Source: Candidatus Methanophagaceae archaeon (GTDB taxonomy: Archaea > Halobacteriota > Syntropharchaeia > Alkanophagales > Methanospirareceae). From it: a DNA stretch of 32,000 nt. The stretch is from the NCBI GenBank assembly GCA_003194425.1, contig PQXB01000001.1, positions 1,082,728 through 1,114,727 of the forward strand, in the 5' to 3' direction. The position numbers and the translations under genes were made by a program. Of this stretch, positions 30,039-32,000 are shown piece after piece. Position 1 is the stretch's first letter; the number at the start of each line of letters is the position of its first letter. The notes under the pieces are model-generated. The model worked only from the letters and a program-made list of their open reading frames with translations, was not told where the DNA came from and searched no databases.

Positions 30039-30542
30039 TGAGTCAAGACAACGGACAGAGTGGGCAACCCCCCGCTTGGGTGCCATAGGCAAAGGTGGGA
30101 GCGTGCTACAAGAAAGGGTGGCACCAACTGTGGAACTACCCTTTAGAACTGCTGCTCATAACAATTGTAGGCTTCGTCATTTCTCCCCCCTCTCACGGCT
30201 TCTCTGCTGCTAAAGAGGTGGAGGGAGCGGGGGCTTATTTTCTCTCCATTTTTGCTTTAGCCTACACGCTTCTGCTTGTCTGGCCCGTTGGCTACGGCAT
30301 TTCGTTCGCCTACCTCAAAGCAGCCAGAGGCGAGCAGCCGAGTGTCAAAGATGTGTTTGACGCGCTTTGACTGTCTTTTTCATCGGCTTGCTGGGAATTC
30401 CTGTTATCTTGGCAGGACTGCTCTGCTTCGTTGTCGGAGTTGTTGTGGCACTTGTGTGGATTCAAATCGCCTCCGCTTCGCTCTACCTCGCAGTAAGCGA
30501 AGAAAAAAGTAAAGATTTAAAAAGGCAGCCAGACAAAGAGTA
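30039..30542 (+). pseudogene. Decayed integral-membrane protein gene (pieces in three frames)
   Basis: Frame a: MSQDNGQSGQPPAWVP-stop, ending just after a C-homopolymer. Frame b: track ORF 30095..30370 (..KKGWHQLWNYPLELLLITIVGFVI...ISFAYLKAARGEQPSVKDVFDAL-stop). Frame c: FIGLLGIPVILAGLLCFVVGVVVALVWIQIASASLYLAVSEEKSKDLKRQPDKE-stop at 30542. Confidence 0.45.
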
Positions 30543-30548
30543 AGCGAA

Positions 30549-31895
30549 ATGGCGAAGAAAATAACCTCAGCGGACCTGGAGGAGCGGCTGGAGAAGCACG
30601 AAGTGGTGGAGTTGGATGGGGTAGAGATAAAGGGCGATTTGGAGTTTGAATTGTCCGCGGCGGGCGGTGTGGCTGTTCCTCCTTCAGTGCTTCAGCAGGC
30701 ACTGCAGTCCGTCTTGGGCGTGCAGTCGTTGGCGCAGGTGGCTCAGGCAGCACTGCAGTCCGTCTTGGGCGGCGGCGTGCAGGCAGGTACAGGCGAGACA
30801 GAGACAGCGAGGAAAATAGAGGCGCAGGAGTTAGCGACGGCGAGGTTTGAAGTTGCGAAGGCGAAGTGGGTGGGGAAGGTAGAAGAGGTTACACTTGGTG
30901 CTACTTCGTCGGACGGTGGCACGAGGGAGAAAGTGGTGAAAATAGGGGGCGAGAAATCGCTGCCGTTCTACAACTTCGACCACAAAATGCCGCACGCACC
31001 AGTGATTTCGGTGGACTGCTTTGACATCCCAATTCCGCTTGCGAAGGCGGTGCGGGGGCACTACGAGGATGTGATGCAGGACCCGGGGGAGTGGGCGAAG
31101 AAGAATGTGCGTGAGTTCGGCGCGGATATGGTCACGATTCACCTAATCAGCACCGACCCGCTGATAAACGACACGCCGGCGCGGGAGGCGGCGAAGACTG
31201 TTGAAGAGGTGCTGCAGGCTGTAAAAGTTCCGATTGTCATCGGCGGGTCGGGGAACCCAGAGAAAGACCCCGCGGTCTTGGAGGCTGCTGCGGAGGCTGC
31301 CGAAGGCGAGCGGTGTCTAATCGCGTCTGCGAACTTGAATATGGACTACAAGCGAATAGCGAACGCGGCAAAGGAGCACGGACACACAATTCTCTCGTGG
31401 ACGCAGCTCGACATAAACGCGCAGAAGACGCTGAACCGCTACCTCTTCAAACTCGGCGTGCCACGGGAAGACATCGTGATTGACCCGACGACCGCGGCAC
31501 TGGGCTACGGTCTGGACTACGCGTTCACTAACATCGAGCGGATGCGAATCTCGGCGCTGAAAGGGGACACTGATTTGGCGTTCCCGATTTCCTGCGGCAT
31601 TACGAACGCGTGGGGTGCGAGGGAGGCGTGGATGAAGAATTCGCCGATTGCCGAAGACTCAGACTGGGGACCGGCGGCTTACAGGGGTCCTTTGTACGAA
31701 ATTATGACTGGGCTGACTCTGGGGGTTGCGGGCGGGGACTTGTTTATGATGATGCATCCCAAGGCTGCGGCTGCGGTCAAGCGCGTGACGCAGATGCTGT
31801 TTGGTGCTGCTGCGAAGGAGGGGGCGGAGGCGGGGGCGGAAGAAGAGGGAAGGAAGATAAAAGTAGAGGATTGGGTAAGTTGGGGCGGTCGGTGA
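30549..31895 (+). CDS. cdhD: Acetyl-CoA decarbonylase/synthase complex subunit delta (corrinoid/Fe-S protein small subunit)
   Basis: WVGKVEEVTLGA...VKIGGEKSLPFYNFD...ADMVTIHLISTDP...PIVIGGSGNPEKDP..LE.AAE...DPTTAALGYG.. is typical CdhD/AcsD. The N-terminal region carries a 51-nt imperfect in-frame duplication. Confidence 0.9.
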   Translation: MAKKITSADLEERLEKHEVVELDGVEIKGDLEFELSAAGGVAVPPSVLQQALQSVLGVQSLAQVAQAALQSVLGGGVQAGTGETETARKIEAQELATARFEVAKAKWVGKVEEVTLGATSSDGGTREKVVKIGGEKSLPFYNFDHKMPHAPVISVDCFDIPIPLAKAVRGHYEDVMQDPGEWAKKNVREFGADMVTIHLISTDPLINDTPAREAAKTVEEVLQAVKVPIVIGGSGNPEKDPAVLEAAAEAAEGERCLIASANLNMDYKRIANAAKEHGHTILSWTQLDINAQKTLNRYLFKLGVPREDIVIDPTTAALGYGLDYAFTNIERMRISALKGDTDLAFPISCGITNAWGAREAWMKNSPIAEDSDWGPAAYRGPLYEIMTGLTLGVAGGDLFMMMHPKAAAAVKRVTQMLFGAAAKEGAEAGAEEEGRKIKVEDWVSWGGR

Positions 31896-31945
31896 ATGAA
31901 AAGGTCTTTTAATTCTTGGCGTGAACGGGCAGAGAGAGGTAGAAA

Positions 31946-32000
31946 ATGAGAAGAATTAGAGCCCCGAAAATCGTGCTGACCGCGGACGAGACAATGATGA
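31946..32000 (+). CDS. 5' end of an unidentified CDS (MRRIRAPKIVLTADETMM...)
   Basis: ATG preceded by gagaggt. Open to the window end. Too short to assign. Confidence 0.3.
   Translation, partial: MRRIRAPKIVLTADETMM

Noticed and set aside
30095-30370. 91-aa ORF as an intact small membrane protein
   Set aside because: Homologous-looking N- and C-terminal pieces lie in other frames immediately upstream and downstream. It is better explained as one disrupted gene.

Overview
Gene-dense archaeal window. Archaeal markers are prefoldin beta, acetyl-CoA decarbonylase/synthase subunits CdhC and CdhD, an archaeal-type 5S rRNA, PGF-CTERM sorting signals, A/T-rich TATA-type promoters and a TfuA-less YcaO. 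By eye, coding regions are G+C-rich and spacers are A/T-rich. I cannot assign a species. Content, left to right: (1) a long minus-strand metal-uptake block. It holds a nicotianamine-synthase-like gene (cut by the window edge), a NikK-M-L-Q-O-type ECF nickel/cobalt transporter, a FecCD permease with a BtuF-like binding protein but no ATPase, and a PP-loop (Dph6-like) ATPase. (2) Housekeeping genes: hbd, ribH, a B12/radical-SAM enzyme, mobB, guaA. (3) A tight YcaO / methyltransferase / radical-SAM-SPASM operon. (4) A GT2 glycosyltransferase and a secreted lectin-fold protein. (5) An A/T-rich patch with two toxin-antitoxin pairs (VapBC, DUF4258/DUF2283) flanked by permuted direct repeats, next to a stand-alone 5S rRNA gene. 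(6) wtpA, pfdB, purD, argF. (7) cdhC and cdhD, separated by a ~2 kb A/T-richer island. The island carries a frameshifted ThsB-like TIR gene, an unrecognisable 184-aa partner, an MNT nucleotidyltransferase with only a stub of its HEPN partner, and a decayed membrane-protein gene. Two themes deserve follow-up. The first is the TIR-like + unknown-partner pair inside the cdh operon, a candidate non-canonical Thoeris-like system that may be inactivated. The second is a dense set of short tandem duplications. Those inside genes are in-frame low-complexity inserts in essential enzymes. Those outside are out-of-frame units confined to spacers or straddling stop codons. Coordinates of small repeats were read by hand and may be off by 1-2 nt, especially around 12.4-12.9 kb.
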